This document shows, piece by piece, positions 20,855 to 31,706 of a stretch of DNA of 64,000 nucleotides (the stretch's first letter is position 1; every line of letters begins with the position of its first letter). A program made the translations under genes and the position numbers. The notes under the pieces were generated by a model, which saw only the letters and a list, made by a program, of their open reading frames with translations, did no database searches and was not told the origin of the DNA. Source of the stretch: a virus. The DNA is taken from positions 62,270 through 126,269 of the IMG/VR virus record IMGVR_UViG_3300026484_000157; one strand, written 5' to 3'.

Positions 20855-21214
20855 ATGGCAAAGCAAATATTAAGAAAAGAATTATACAAAATCGTTTCTG
20901 CTGAAATAACAGAGGAACGATTAGCAAAGTTACCAGTTTGGGCACAGCGAGAAATTATGGCACTATCATCAAAAATTGAGAGACTTAACAATATGTTAGA
21001 TAATACAGATCCAACTGATTTATGGATAGACCCACCAGTAGGAGATAAGAAAAGATATTTAGATCCACATTCGAGATTAGTGTTCAGAACAGATCATAAA
21101 ACTGAAATATCAATCCATATGCCACATGGATCAAACAGAGTAAGAATCAGTAAGGATACATGTGGAGAAATTTTCATGATTCCAACTGGTGGTAATACTA
21201 TGGAGGTATTATAA
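20855..21214 (+). CDS. Hypothetical phage protein
   Basis: KLPVWAQREI motif; contiguous ORF. Confidence 0.55.
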   Translation: MAKQILRKELYKIVSAEITEERLAKLPVWAQREIMALSSKIERLNNMLDNTDPTDLWIDPPVGDKKRYLDPHSRLVFRTDHKTEISIHMPHGSNRVRISKDTCGEIFMIPTGGNTMEVL

Positions 21215-21927
21215 TGAGCAGATATCATTATAAAGATTTTGATGATTACATTAAATCAAATAAGAACCTATTTAAGGATCATAAATTAACTGCCACAAAA
21301 CTGAATAACACCGATCTAATTATTGATTGGTCTAAGCCATCTAGTGGAGAAGGATCAATGAGGATAACTTATATAGGTGGATATCTATCTATCAATGGTG
21401 ACTATGGATCTGCTTCATTCACATGGCATAATCCAAATAACACAATAGAATGGATGTCTAAGTGTAACATTGGATATTTTATGTCAAAATGCATATCATC
21501 AGAGAAACAGGAAAATGGAATTCATATGATGGAATGGGATCAAGATGAATGCATTGAGACTGTAGAATCATATATATCTGAAAAAGATGACTGCGATATA
21601 AAACCAAATGACGATAGCTGGAAAATGCATACAGAATCGGCTTGTGATTGGAATTCATATTTATCAAAATATGGAGAGAATGAATTCGGAGACTCATGGT
21701 ATGAGACATATCCAAATGCAGGTCTAGTTCTCCATTCAAGAGTATACATTTGGATACATGCATTACAAGAAATTTCGAAACATCTAGATGAAGATGCTGA
21801 ATATATATCTGCACAAGTAAAATTCAATGATTTGGATTCGGAACTTCTTAAACAGGATGGCGAATTGGATTGGACTATTAATTCAAATAACGGATATATA
21901 AAACTTAAAATAATAAAAGAGGACTAA
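21214..21927 (+). CDS. Hypothetical phage protein
   Basis: 237-aa ORF with GGAGG SD. Confidence 0.6.
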   Translation: MSRYHYKDFDDYIKSNKNLFKDHKLTATKLNNTDLIIDWSKPSSGEGSMRITYIGGYLSINGDYGSASFTWHNPNNTIEWMSKCNIGYFMSKCISSEKQENGIHMMEWDQDECIETVESYISEKDDCDIKPNDDSWKMHTESACDWNSYLSKYGENEFGDSWYETYPNAGLVLHSRVYIWIHALQEISKHLDEDAEYISAQVKFNDLDSELLKQDGELDWTINSNNGYIKLKIIKED

Positions 21928-21930
21928 ATT

Positions 21931-22503
21931 ATGAGTACCTTATTCAGAGCAAAACATATAAATAGCAATCAGATGGTTATTGGCACAGGCACTACTAATT
22001 TCTTGAATATGAAACAATACGATCAATTCAAAGGATCGGGCAGAACATGGTTGTGGTCGAACTATTCATGGATTGAAGTCGATCCAGATACATTATCTGT
22101 TCACCATGAAGGTATGGATGATTCTAATGGCAAACCAATTTTTGCATCACTAGATAAAGTGAACCATATAGGTGGAGATATACTAATCCCAATAAAGCAG
22201 ACAACTTCCAATGAGCCAATTGTCTGCTTTATTGAAAACGGTCTTTGGAATTATACTGATAGCGACTGGATGATTTCAGGAATACATGGAATCAACAATA
22301 CTCCATGTGAATATTGTAACATTGTTGAATATACAGGCAAACTGTTTGAATTATCAAGTGTAATAGACGGTAAGGATCAAAACATAGAAGTCTGTCTGCA
22401 ATCTAATGTTGATGAAGAAACAGTTGGATTATCAATCGATGGGACACACTATGAAGCATTTATTGATATTAACTTCTGCCCAAAATGTGGTAAGTCATTA
22501 TGA
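21931..22503 (+). CDS. YopX-like protein with C-terminal Zn finger
   Basis: LFRAK...EVDPDTLS...D.NGK.IF..GDI; INFCPKCGK. Confidence 0.55.
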   Translation: MSTLFRAKHINSNQMVIGTGTTNFLNMKQYDQFKGSGRTWLWSNYSWIEVDPDTLSVHHEGMDDSNGKPIFASLDKVNHIGGDILIPIKQTTSNEPIVCFIENGLWNYTDSDWMISGIHGINNTPCEYCNIVEYTGKLFELSSVIDGKDQNIEVCLQSNVDEETVGLSIDGTHYEAFIDINFCPKCGKSL

Positions 22504-22953
22504 TTGAAGTTGGGACTCTAGTAACATCACCGATTTATGGTGATGGCGAGGTCATAAGGTTGTATTCGGACTGCATGATATCGATCAAATTTGTTGAAAA
22601 CACATTACCAATAATGTGTAGTTCTAGATCTATGGAGACAATACATAGTGGTAAAAAATCAAAATTCAAGGTAGTAAATAATGTTAATAAAAGCTAAATT
22701 CAATAGAATAAGATTTAAAATCGAAGAAAGAGAACGATTAGAGTTAGAAGCAGATAGAATAACTGCTGAATATAATAATTCTATCACAGAAATCACATCA
22801 CAAATTGCAGATCTGGATATAGATCACAAATATGAAGTCGCATATAATATTGGAGTTTATGCTAAAGAAAACTACAAAAAGTGTGAAAATATGACGATCT
22901 ATGAAGCATATAAATATGTGGATATGCTAATGGAAAAATATGAAGATGAATAG
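22500..22953 (+). CDS. Two small hypothetical proteins (22500-22697, 22681-22953)
   Basis: Overlapping coupled ORFs. Confidence 0.5.
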
Positions 22954-23015
22954 GTATTAAAACTTCGGCTACCTAATTTTATACAAACATAAGATAAAAA
23001 TTAAAGGATAACAAC

Positions 23016-23363
23016 ATGAGAAAATCAATCGCTTCAAACAACGAGATTAAAGAGCTAATAGCAGAAATGGAAAAGCTACAAGCACAAAAATCGGTTATTG
23101 AAAAACAATATAATTCAATCAAAAAGACTATTACTGACAGACTAATCGCTCCAGATTTAAATGATAAAGACACTGTTTATGAATATGAATTAGGTCTTGA
23201 CTCAAATAAAATTTTAAGATACGAATTAGTACCAACAACTAGATTTGATACTAAAAGATTTACTGCAGAATGCCCTGAGCTTAAAGCAAAATATACAAAT
23301 GCAACAGTAAATAAAGTCTTCAAAATTATTGAGGAGAAATCAGAAGAGAAGGTGGAAAAGTAA
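23016..23363 (+). CDS. Hypothetical phage protein
   Basis: Conserved promoter and leader; coiled coil then RFDTKRF...PEL. Confidence 0.6.
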   Translation: MRKSIASNNEIKELIAEMEKLQAQKSVIEKQYNSIKKTITDRLIAPDLNDKDTVYEYELGLDSNKILRYELVPTTRFDTKRFTAECPELKAKYTNATVNKVFKIIEEKSEEKVEK

Positions 23364-25268
23364 TGGCACAGTCAACAACTGAAATAAAACAAGCCATTGC
23401 AGATCAAGTGAATTATAAATTGCCATTAACTGTCAGCAATCAATTTCTTGCAGTTAATGTAAAGGATTTTCTTGGTAAAATACTACAGGAAGACTCTTAC
23501 ATTCTGCCTTATGGTTATTTGGAAGAATATTCTGAATACAACTACATAAGATTGGACGATCTGATTGCAAAACTTATTAAAGATGACAACACTAGATTCA
23601 TCAATACTGCAATCAAACTGGCAATAGCAGTTAATTCTGAGGAATTTAACATTCATTTTAATGAGTTTAATTTATTAGCAAAATTCTGCTATAATAGAAT
23701 TGATCAAGACAAATTTGTACAACTTATGATGCCAAGATATAATGATCGCAACTATATCATAACAAAATGGGATGAATTCAGAAATGACCCATTAAGATTC
23801 ATTATTAGTCGATCTGAGAGAGAATTATTTGATGAGATTTCGAGAGAGATTATAATGACAAAATATAAAGGATAATTAATGCCAAAAATTTACAAGCAGT
23901 TACAAGATATTAAAATTGGCAATCACTTAGAAACATTGGATTTTGATGGTCACACACCAGAGTTATATATAATATTAGATTTGAAAAAAGATCAAGAATC
24001 AATTAAATTAGATGACAAAAGAGTATTATATACTGATAATAAAAACATAATTGTTGTTGCTAAAAGAATGGCAAATCAATCAATATTGGTGGAAACTGTC
24101 ATTAATTCAATCAATATTGAGGTATACAAAAATCAAATTATTAGCCATTACTTACCAGAGGGAGAAGAATAATGGCTAATATGAGCTACTGCAGATTTGA
24201 AAATACCACTGCAGATTTTGAAGATTGTTATGATGCACTAACTGAGGCAGGATCGATTGAGAATTATATTAAGACTAAAGATCCATCAACTGAAGAGATA
24301 ATGGCAATTCAAGAATTGATAAACCTTGCTAAGGCTATGGTATCAAATTTTGGAAACATTGAAGGATCAAATAATGGCTAAGCACTTACAACTAGCAAAG
24401 AATATTGCTCTCGGCAAATTATTCTCTGAGCTTCCAACGGACTTAGTGGAACCAAAATGCACACCAGAAGAACAATGGGAATTATTCGAAAAGGTATACA
24501 GACATGAATCAATAAAAGATGATAGATTTGTCTTGATTGATCAGTTGTCTTATTTGTCATATAGAACCATATGGGAATTAGCAGATGACATTGTTAAAGC
24601 CCAAATTGAATTTCTTGAAATTTGCATTGACACTGGTGTAACAGACTAAAAACACTGTTAAAAACAAACATATAATGCTATGTAAGGATTAGTAATGAAT
24701 AAGAAGACCCACAGAGTGTCATCTCTCTTCTCGGCAGAGAAATGGCTACTGGAAAATGGATTTAATGAGAAAGAAGTAATAATAAATCAAGATTCTCTAA
24801 CAGTTCATCCAAATGAGAATGATACAGTAATGGTATCAATAGGAGAAACTATGCATCTAGAAGGTAAATTCAAAGATGGAACATATGATTTCTGGGTTAC
24901 TGACAATGACTAGAATAAAATGTAATCTATGTAATGTGAACAAAGTCTACAGAAACGATGAAAATAGTGAAATACTGCACTTTACAGGGTATATTAACAA
25001 TGAATGGCATCACCATTGGCACATTTGTATTGAATGTTCGGATTTCAACAACTTAAATATATCAAGAAGATTAGATAAAAAACTGTTGAATATAAAGATT
25101 GGTCAGCAGTTCATGAAGAGTAATTCGTGTAACATACCCTATGAAGTTTCAAAAATCAATGGGAACACAATTTATATGATACAATTCAATGGATCGGCAA
25201 CTGATGTTATAACAATATCAAGAAAGATCTCAAAAGAAGATTTTCATAAACAATTTACTAAGGTATAA
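23363..25268 (+). CDS. Cluster of small hypothetical genes (23363-23875, 23879-24172, 24172-24381, 24374-24649, 24695-24913, 24906-25268)
   Basis: Tightly packed ORFs, most with SD sequences. Confidence 0.5.
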
Positions 25269-25270
25269 AA

Positions 25271-26254
25271 ATGACAAATACACTACATGACCCAAGATTA
25301 ACCGATGAACAGAAAAAATTATACGATGAATTTTCTGTTAATGAAATGTTACCAGTAGAAGAACATGAAACTCCAATTGGTAACATACTGTTCAAAAGAA
25401 TAGATAAATATAAACCAGTTGATAACATCCATGTTGGTGGTGGAAAAACTTTACAGTCTGTAACATTGATGATAAATAACATCAATCAAATCAGAGACCA
25501 TTTTGATTCAAATGTTTCAACAGCAGCAGCACTGACATCACCTCAACATCATTTGGTATCTGGTGTTGCCAAGAAACTAGGATTGAATTCATTTGTGGGT
25601 ATACAAGGGACTCCTGAGAGACTACCAATCATTTTAGAAAAATACTCAATGATAAAAGCAGCACAATATTATGATGCGACGATATTACCAGTTACTAAAG
25701 CAGCATACCAAGTTGTAATAGAATCTAGAATGAATAAACAATTAGCAAAAGATGGTATAAAGCATTTCTTTATCAAATTCGGTATTAACATTGATAAAGA
25801 CAGGGATGCAATTCTAGGATCAATAGCTAACCAAGTTGAAAACATTCCTGATGAATTAGATCACCTAATCATCCCAAGTGGATCATGTCTATCTGCAGCA
25901 GCAATTATTAATGGCATTCATAAATTTAAAAAGAAAATCAAAAATATTCATGTAATTCAAATAGCAGGTGGCTCTCATGCCAAAAATATAGATGTAAATA
26001 TGCCAGTATTGGCTCACTATAAATATCAATTCCACTTAATAACTGATATCCCATATAAAGAACATAGATATTATACTATTGGTAAAGATGATCAAGAATT
26101 TCAAATCGATCCAGTATATGAGGGTAAGGCTTATGAATATCTTCTGAACAATCATAAAGAGATGGGAATAAAACCAGATGACAAGACACTATTTTGGGTT
26201 GTCGGATCGACTGTATCAACTAGAAAACACTTTGGTGATTCATTAGGATACTAA
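25271..26254 (+). CDS. PLP-dependent ACC deaminase / D-cysteine desulfhydrase-like enzyme
   Basis: FKRID...GGGK (PLP Lys), SPQ, IPSGSCLS, DPVYEGKA, LFWVVG. Confidence 0.78.
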   Translation: MTNTLHDPRLTDEQKKLYDEFSVNEMLPVEEHETPIGNILFKRIDKYKPVDNIHVGGGKTLQSVTLMINNINQIRDHFDSNVSTAAALTSPQHHLVSGVAKKLGLNSFVGIQGTPERLPIILEKYSMIKAAQYYDATILPVTKAAYQVVIESRMNKQLAKDGIKHFFIKFGINIDKDRDAILGSIANQVENIPDELDHLIIPSGSCLSAAAIINGIHKFKKKIKNIHVIQIAGGSHAKNIDVNMPVLAHYKYQFHLITDIPYKEHRYYTIGKDDQEFQIDPVYEGKAYEYLLNNHKEMGIKPDDKTLFWVVGSTVSTRKHFGDSLGY

Positions 26255-26390
26255 ATATAAATTGAGAAGAGGGAAAGATGCCAAAACAAAACATAAAACT
26301 AAGAGATAAATTATTGTTAATAATAGCTCTAGTCGGTGGAATTACTGATTTAATTTTGATAGTTAATGTTTGTCATCATTGGTAATTAGT

Positions 26391-26762
26391 ATGAAATTAG
26401 GAATCATTGGTAGTAGGAATATTACCAATTTCAAAACTTTTGAGCCATACATCACCAAAATTGTACAAGATGAGAACATAACAACTTTGGTATCTGGTGG
26501 TGCAACAGGTGTTGACAGTTTTGCTGAAAAATATTCAGTTAAACATCAACTCAAATTAATTCTATATAAACCAAACTGGCAAAAACATGGAATGAATGCA
26601 GGATTTATAAGAAACCATGACATAATTAAATCTTCTGATATTATATTGGCAATTTGGGATGGATCTTCAAAAGGCACAAAACACTCGATTAATTTAGCAA
26701 ACAACTATGGGAAGCCTATAAAGATTATAACAGTAAGGAGAAAAAATGGCAACAAAACATGA
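26391..26762 (+). CDS. SLOG/DprA-like (YspA-type) protein
   Basis: IIGSR, VSGGATGVD, AGFIRN, WDGSSKGT. Confidence 0.8.
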   Translation: MKLGIIGSRNITNFKTFEPYITKIVQDENITTLVSGGATGVDSFAEKYSVKHQLKLILYKPNWQKHGMNAGFIRNHDIIKSSDIILAIWDGSSKGTKHSINLANNYGKPIKIITVRRKNGNKT

Positions 26763-26825
26763 ATTCTGTGAGTTGGCAACATTCGAACAACTATTAACTA
26801 CAAAAGATATGAAAAGGATATAAAA

Positions 26826-27665
26826 ATGACGATCGAAGAGACTATGGCTATCATAGATGCTAATGGCATTTGTTATGATACAATAAATAGGAACCATTTA
26901 AAAATTGATACTGCCAATGGCACCATAAATTTCTACCCATCTTCAGGGACATTCCATTATAACAATGAAAAATCAATAGGTAAATCTGTTTACCAACTGA
27001 TGGAACATTTAGGAATAAACGAGCCTAGATCATTTGTTGCTTCATCTGATGAAGAGGAAGATGACACATTCGATTGGCTAGATGAAAATGTTCCATCTAT
27101 TGAGAAATCACCGATTGAAAATAAAACTATTAAGCCACCACCTCCACAGAAATCAAATAATAACATTCTGCGAAATATCTCAATGGCTGATAGTAGAAAT
27201 ATTATGAAGCTTAAATATAAGCGACTGGATAAAGATGCATTTCCACCAAGAAAAACCAGACTAACTGATGCAGGTGTAGATTTATATGCAGTAAAAGATG
27301 CAGTATGGCAACAACATGGATCTCAATGGTTCTGCATTGTTGAAACAGGAATTGCTCTTGAAATTCCCCCATATCATTATCTAGCAACTGCACCTAGATC
27401 ATCTGCATTATTTGGTGATGATCATGTGTCAACATTCCATTCTGTATTAGATACTGGATATAAGGGAGAGATCACATTTTTGTGTAATTCATTTAGTGAA
27501 GAAATGCCACAGATTATAAAAAGAGGTGATAGAATGTCGCAGGTGGTTTTAGTTCCTATCCCAATGATAGATACTTCTTTTGAAGAGGTTGAAGAATTAC
27601 CAAGCCATTCAGATCGTGATAAATTAGGATTCGGAAGTTCAGGAGACACACCATGGGAAAAATAA
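26826..27665 (+). CDS. dut: Trimeric dUTPase-fold enzyme with N-terminal extra domain
   Basis: DAGVDL, PRSS, LDTGYKGEI, GDRMSQ, R...GFGSSG. Confidence 0.82.
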   Translation: MTIEETMAIIDANGICYDTINRNHLKIDTANGTINFYPSSGTFHYNNEKSIGKSVYQLMEHLGINEPRSFVASSDEEEDDTFDWLDENVPSIEKSPIENKTIKPPPPQKSNNNILRNISMADSRNIMKLKYKRLDKDAFPPRKTRLTDAGVDLYAVKDAVWQQHGSQWFCIVETGIALEIPPYHYLATAPRSSALFGDDHVSTFHSVLDTGYKGEITFLCNSFSEEMPQIIKRGDRMSQVVLVPIPMIDTSFEEVEELPSHSDRDKLGFGSSGDTPWEK

Positions 27666-28396
27666 AAACAATATATCTAGTAACTGGCAAAAAGAGATCA
27701 GGTAAAGATTACTTATCGGATTTAATGCTAGATGAACTGAATAACTCTGTAACTGCAAAGTTTTCAGGACTGATGAAGTCAATTACTCAATCATTATTTT
27801 CTATTGATTCTGATCAACTAGAAGAATATAAAAATGATGAAACAATACTTATTGGTGATGTGACTAAAGTTAGAATGGACTCTCAAAGTTTGGCAACTCA
27901 TTTAGTTGAGTTATATGACATTTTCAATAATTCATTCATATTTGGAGAACATGACAAGATAAACATTAATTATGATATTGTCTATCAAGTAGTGAAAAAA
28001 GTGATGAAAGATACGAAAGTTGAAGATATTACTTTCAGAAAATGGCTTCAAATATTTGGGACAGATATTACATATCCATTATTTGGTGATGATATCTGGG
28101 CTAGATACACATCTTATGAAATCAACCAGCTACTTAAAAAACATGACTCTGTTATAGTTTCTGATTTCAGATTTCCTCATGAATATGAAGTAGTTAATTC
28201 AATGGCGAATAATCTCTATAAACTAGTAACCATTAAGGTAATAGATCACAATCTTGAAGATTCATCTGATTCTCATATTAGTGAGAATGCCTTGAGTGGG
28301 TTTCACTTCGATAAACTGTTAGATAATTCAGTAAAAAACGGAGAAGAACCTATAAGAAAGTGGATAAATGAAATCATAATAAAAGGAGTCGATTAA
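27653..28396 (+). CDS. Deoxynucleoside monophosphate kinase
   Basis: GKKRSGKD, RKWLQIFGTD, VSDFRFPHE, HISE. Confidence 0.85.
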   Translation: MGKIKTIYLVTGKKRSGKDYLSDLMLDELNNSVTAKFSGLMKSITQSLFSIDSDQLEEYKNDETILIGDVTKVRMDSQSLATHLVELYDIFNNSFIFGEHDKININYDIVYQVVKKVMKDTKVEDITFRKWLQIFGTDITYPLFGDDIWARYTSYEINQLLKKHDSVIVSDFRFPHEYEVVNSMANNLYKLVTIKVIDHNLEDSSDSHISENALSGFHFDKLLDNSVKNGEEPIRKWINEIIIKGVD

Positions 28397-28505
28397 TGAA
28401 AATATCAGCTTAAACAGGCATCACAATCAAAGAAACAAGCAAGCATTAAGTTGGATTTGCGATATATCGCAACCGTAAAAGCAAATAAAAAACAAGGAAA
28501 ATAAA

Positions 28506-29216
28506 ATGGCATATCAAGCTGAAGAACTAGAATTAGACGACATCGAGATCAAAGAAGAGGATCTTTCAAAACTAAAGTTAAAATTTGATCAAGACAAACA
28601 AAAAGTTAGAATTGGTTTCCCACTATTAGGAAAAACAGGTAAAGTAGCAATTAAGAGAATCAGATATTTTCCATTCTCTGAAAAATACAGAAAGCAATTT
28701 CTTGTAACAGGTGATGAGGAATTTGATAAAGAAATTGAAAAGTATATGGGTGCACCAAAAGACAAATATGTTACTGCAGTGGTACATTACCAAACTGACA
28801 TGAATGGAAAACTTATTAAGAATGGTGGTCTTAGTTACATAATCAGACCTTTTGTAATTCCACAAAATAAACTGCCAGTTTTACAAGCAAGTTCAGCTGA
28901 GTTTCCATTGAATGAGCATGATTACATTCTTACTTGTACAAATAAACAGTTCCAAAATTTTGATCTTAGCCCAACTAAAGATGCAATTTGGTTAAAAAAT
29001 GACAAGATTAAATCTCAAATCATGTCAGAAATTCAAGAAATGAATGAGGCAGGTCTTCATCAAGCAGTTGCGATCGAAGCATCTAAAGAGAAGATCAAAG
29101 AGTGGTTAGAAATTGGCAAAGAACCAGATCCTGAGCCAGAAGATGTTCCAGAACCATCAGGTGGATCAATCGATCTAGATGATGACGATGATATATCGGA
29201 TCTTCTAGAAGATTAA
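28506..29216 (+). CDS. Putative single-stranded DNA-binding protein
   Basis: Beta-rich core with strongly acidic C-terminal tail; replication context. Confidence 0.55.
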   Translation: MAYQAEELELDDIEIKEEDLSKLKLKFDQDKQKVRIGFPLLGKTGKVAIKRIRYFPFSEKYRKQFLVTGDEEFDKEIEKYMGAPKDKYVTAVVHYQTDMNGKLIKNGGLSYIIRPFVIPQNKLPVLQASSAEFPLNEHDYILTCTNKQFQNFDLSPTKDAIWLKNDKIKSQIMSEIQEMNEAGLHQAVAIEASKEKIKEWLEIGKEPDPEPEDVPEPSGGSIDLDDDDDISDLLED

Positions 29217-29224
29217 CTCCAAAC

Positions 29225-29250
29225 AAGTCGGCATTTGCCGACTTAGTTTT
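29225..29250 (+). terminator. Rho-independent terminator-like hairpin
   Basis: AAGTCGGCA/TGCCGACTT stem followed by AGTTTT. Confidence 0.6.
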
Positions 29251-29380
29251 ATTAGAGTTGGACATCGGATAGAGCAAAACAATCTACAATAGTGAAGTTG
29301 TTATCCTTAGTAGAACTTGCAAAAATCGTATAAGACATAAAATCCTATGACTCTATCAGGTGTTCAACTCTAATAAAACT
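29245..29380 (+). ncRNA. Candidate structured sRNA, 30-bp closing stem with anti-RBS loop
   Basis: 29245-29274 pairs with 29351-29380 (29 of 30 positions, two G-U); internal GTTGTTATCCTT. Confidence 0.55.
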
Positions 29381-29407
29381 CAAATTTCAACAAAGGATTC
29401 GGAAACC

Positions 29408-30820
29408 ATGGCAAAGAAAAATAAAGAAAAACCATTTGATTATGAAACATACAGGGATCTACTTACTAGAGTTCCAACTCATGAAGAAGCTAAAGCAATT
29501 CATAAAACATTAGCACCTAAAATCAGATCATTAGCACCAGAAGAATATTATAATATGGATTCTGAAAAATTATGGGAATATGCAGTTGCTTATTCTTGGG
29601 ATGCACATATAAGCCCTTTTAATTATGGGGATAATACTCCAAATATCAAAGATCTAAATAACCTACTTAAAGTTAATACAAGAGCAAATATCAATGCTCA
29701 ACTTGAAATAGGAAGAGGTACAAATGGTCTTAAATTCCTTAATTATTATGTTAAGGAATATTTATACAACACAGAAATTGGTGGCAGAAGTAAAACTATG
29801 ATTGAAGCTAAAGATGATATTTCTTTTGTTTATAAAGTTGTAATCAAATTAATGTACCACTCTTGTACTAATATAACAAGAAACAACATATATTCATTTT
29901 TCAAAATTGCATCTATCCAAGTTCCATCAAACTTCAAACCTGCAGTTGCTTCAGTACTATGGGATAAGCTTGGAATTCAAAAGTTAGATAAAGATGCTAC
30001 CCAATTAAATATTCTATGCCCATCAGAGGGTTGGGTATCAAGATGTTTATCGTCATATAAAATTGCACATGATAATCCACATATAAAGATAAGATATCAT
30101 ACAATAGATCCTAATCCACAAGTAAAAGTTGCATATAATACAATGACTAAATTTCTTAAAAATTTTGGTGGTTTCAATCGAGTTAAAAATTGGGAGACTA
30201 CCTACCATTTCGGTGGATCTCAAGACATAGAATCAATCCCAACCGACTTAATAGGTAGTATGGATGTAGTTGGAACATCTCCACCTTATTTTGGAATAAC
30301 TGAGTTATACGGCTTTAACATTGCATTAATAGGGGACAATGAATTTGATCCAACTAAAGGATTCCAAACTGATCATGGCAATATGATGGTTGAAGATCTA
30401 CCAGAGTTCCTAGTAACAAACCCAACTGCAGACTCGGTTACTCAATTTGATAAAGAATTTAAAATAATAAAAACTAATGATCTTGAGAAAGATTTCACAT
30501 CAGCAAACCCAAATTGTGTTTATTTTTGGGAGGCATCACAAGCATCTAACATTGACTCATACACTGGTTGGCAAGAAGAATATTTAAGACCGACAATTAC
30601 AAATGCACATATAGCACTTAAAGAAAATGGATATTTATGGATAAATGTTGCAAATTCTAAGGGTATGCCTACATTTGAGGACGATGTAACCAAAATTGTT
30701 GAAGAATGTGGATTTGAACATGTCGAAACATATAAAATGCTAATATCAAGATCACCTGCTCTTAAAGACAAAACTAAAAATAAACCATTTGAACCAATTT
30801 TCATATTTAAGAAGAGATAA
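29408..30820 (+). CDS. Amino-DNA methyltransferase (N4-C/N6-A class)
   Basis: SNFKPAVA, PSEGW..R SAM-binding-like segment, TSPPYF..E.Y, L..NGYL.INVAN, EPIFIF. Confidence 0.78.
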   Translation: MAKKNKEKPFDYETYRDLLTRVPTHEEAKAIHKTLAPKIRSLAPEEYYNMDSEKLWEYAVAYSWDAHISPFNYGDNTPNIKDLNNLLKVNTRANINAQLEIGRGTNGLKFLNYYVKEYLYNTEIGGRSKTMIEAKDDISFVYKVVIKLMYHSCTNITRNNIYSFFKIASIQVPSNFKPAVASVLWDKLGIQKLDKDATQLNILCPSEGWVSRCLSSYKIAHDNPHIKIRYHTIDPNPQVKVAYNTMTKFLKNFGGFNRVKNWETTYHFGGSQDIESIPTDLIGSMDVVGTSPPYFGITELYGFNIALIGDNEFDPTKGFQTDHGNMMVEDLPEFLVTNPTADSVTQFDKEFKIIKTNDLEKDFTSANPNCVYFWEASQASNIDSYTGWQEEYLRPTITNAHIALKENGYLWINVANSKGMPTFEDDVTKIVEECGFEHVETYKMLISRSPALKDKTKNKPFEPIFIFKKR

Positions 30821-30863
30821 CCTCTTCTTATAAATTCCATATAAACATAAAAAGGATAACAAC

Positions 30864-31487
30864 ATGGCAGTAGTACTTAATCAATTACTATCTTTAAGAA
30901 AAGAACTGATGGAGATAGTGGTAAAACCAGCAGAAACATTTACAACATTTGAACAAGATATTTCTGAAATATTCAAAGAAATTAAGGGATTAGTATCAGA
31001 TTGGTCTAAATCAGATTACCCATCATATAAAGTTGCAAAATCGTTTCTTGAAAAAGACGAGGATGGTGGTTATACAATTTCTAAAGGAGAATCTCTTTGG
31101 GTAATACACACTGCAATTTACAACATCCAAGAGATCAACACTAAAATATCAATAGATTTATATGATAAAGCAGTGGAAATCCATTCTCTTGCAAAGTCAT
31201 TACACAATTCATTAAAAGTTGAATTACAAAACAATGAGAAATTATTAATGCTAATTTCTACAAAGACCGATCAAGCTAGAGAAGTAGACTTCATTATGAA
31301 TAATACTAATCTACATTGGTCAACTATAGACATGAGATTCAAACAGATTAAAAACCTTGTAAATTATATGGAAGATCAAAGTAGTGCTTTAAATAGATTA
31401 GATTCTGCACTTAGATTGAAGCAATCAATTGATTCTACGGCAGCATTTGAAGCAATATCTACGAGTAATACGATTGAAATTGAATAA
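30864..31487 (+). CDS. Hypothetical helical protein
   Basis: AAGGATAACAAC leader. Confidence 0.6.
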   Translation: MAVVLNQLLSLRKELMEIVVKPAETFTTFEQDISEIFKEIKGLVSDWSKSDYPSYKVAKSFLEKDEDGGYTISKGESLWVIHTAIYNIQEINTKISIDLYDKAVEIHSLAKSLHNSLKVELQNNEKLLMLISTKTDQAREVDFIMNNTNLHWSTIDMRFKQIKNLVNYMEDQSSALNRLDSALRLKQSIDSTAAFEAISTSNTIEIE

Positions 31488-31499
31488 AAGGAATATATT

Positions 31500-31706
31500 A
31501 TGAATGATGACAAAATAGAACAACCAGATACAGGATTTATTGAAGCATATGGTCAAGTTTCTATGGATGACAATACACAATACCCTAGAGGTGAGAGACC
31601 AGAATTTATTCATGTTGATGAAGTTCCAACTACAAGAGTGAACCTTACTGAACTGACTCGAACTAAGAACTATACAGTGGAAGATGATGATGGTTACATT
31701 GACTAA
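31500..31706 (+). CDS. Small acidic hypothetical protein
   Basis: SD-led 68-aa ORF. Confidence 0.5.
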   Translation: MNDDKIEQPDTGFIEAYGQVSMDDNTQYPRGERPEFIHVDEVPTTRVNLTELTRTKNYTVEDDDGYID

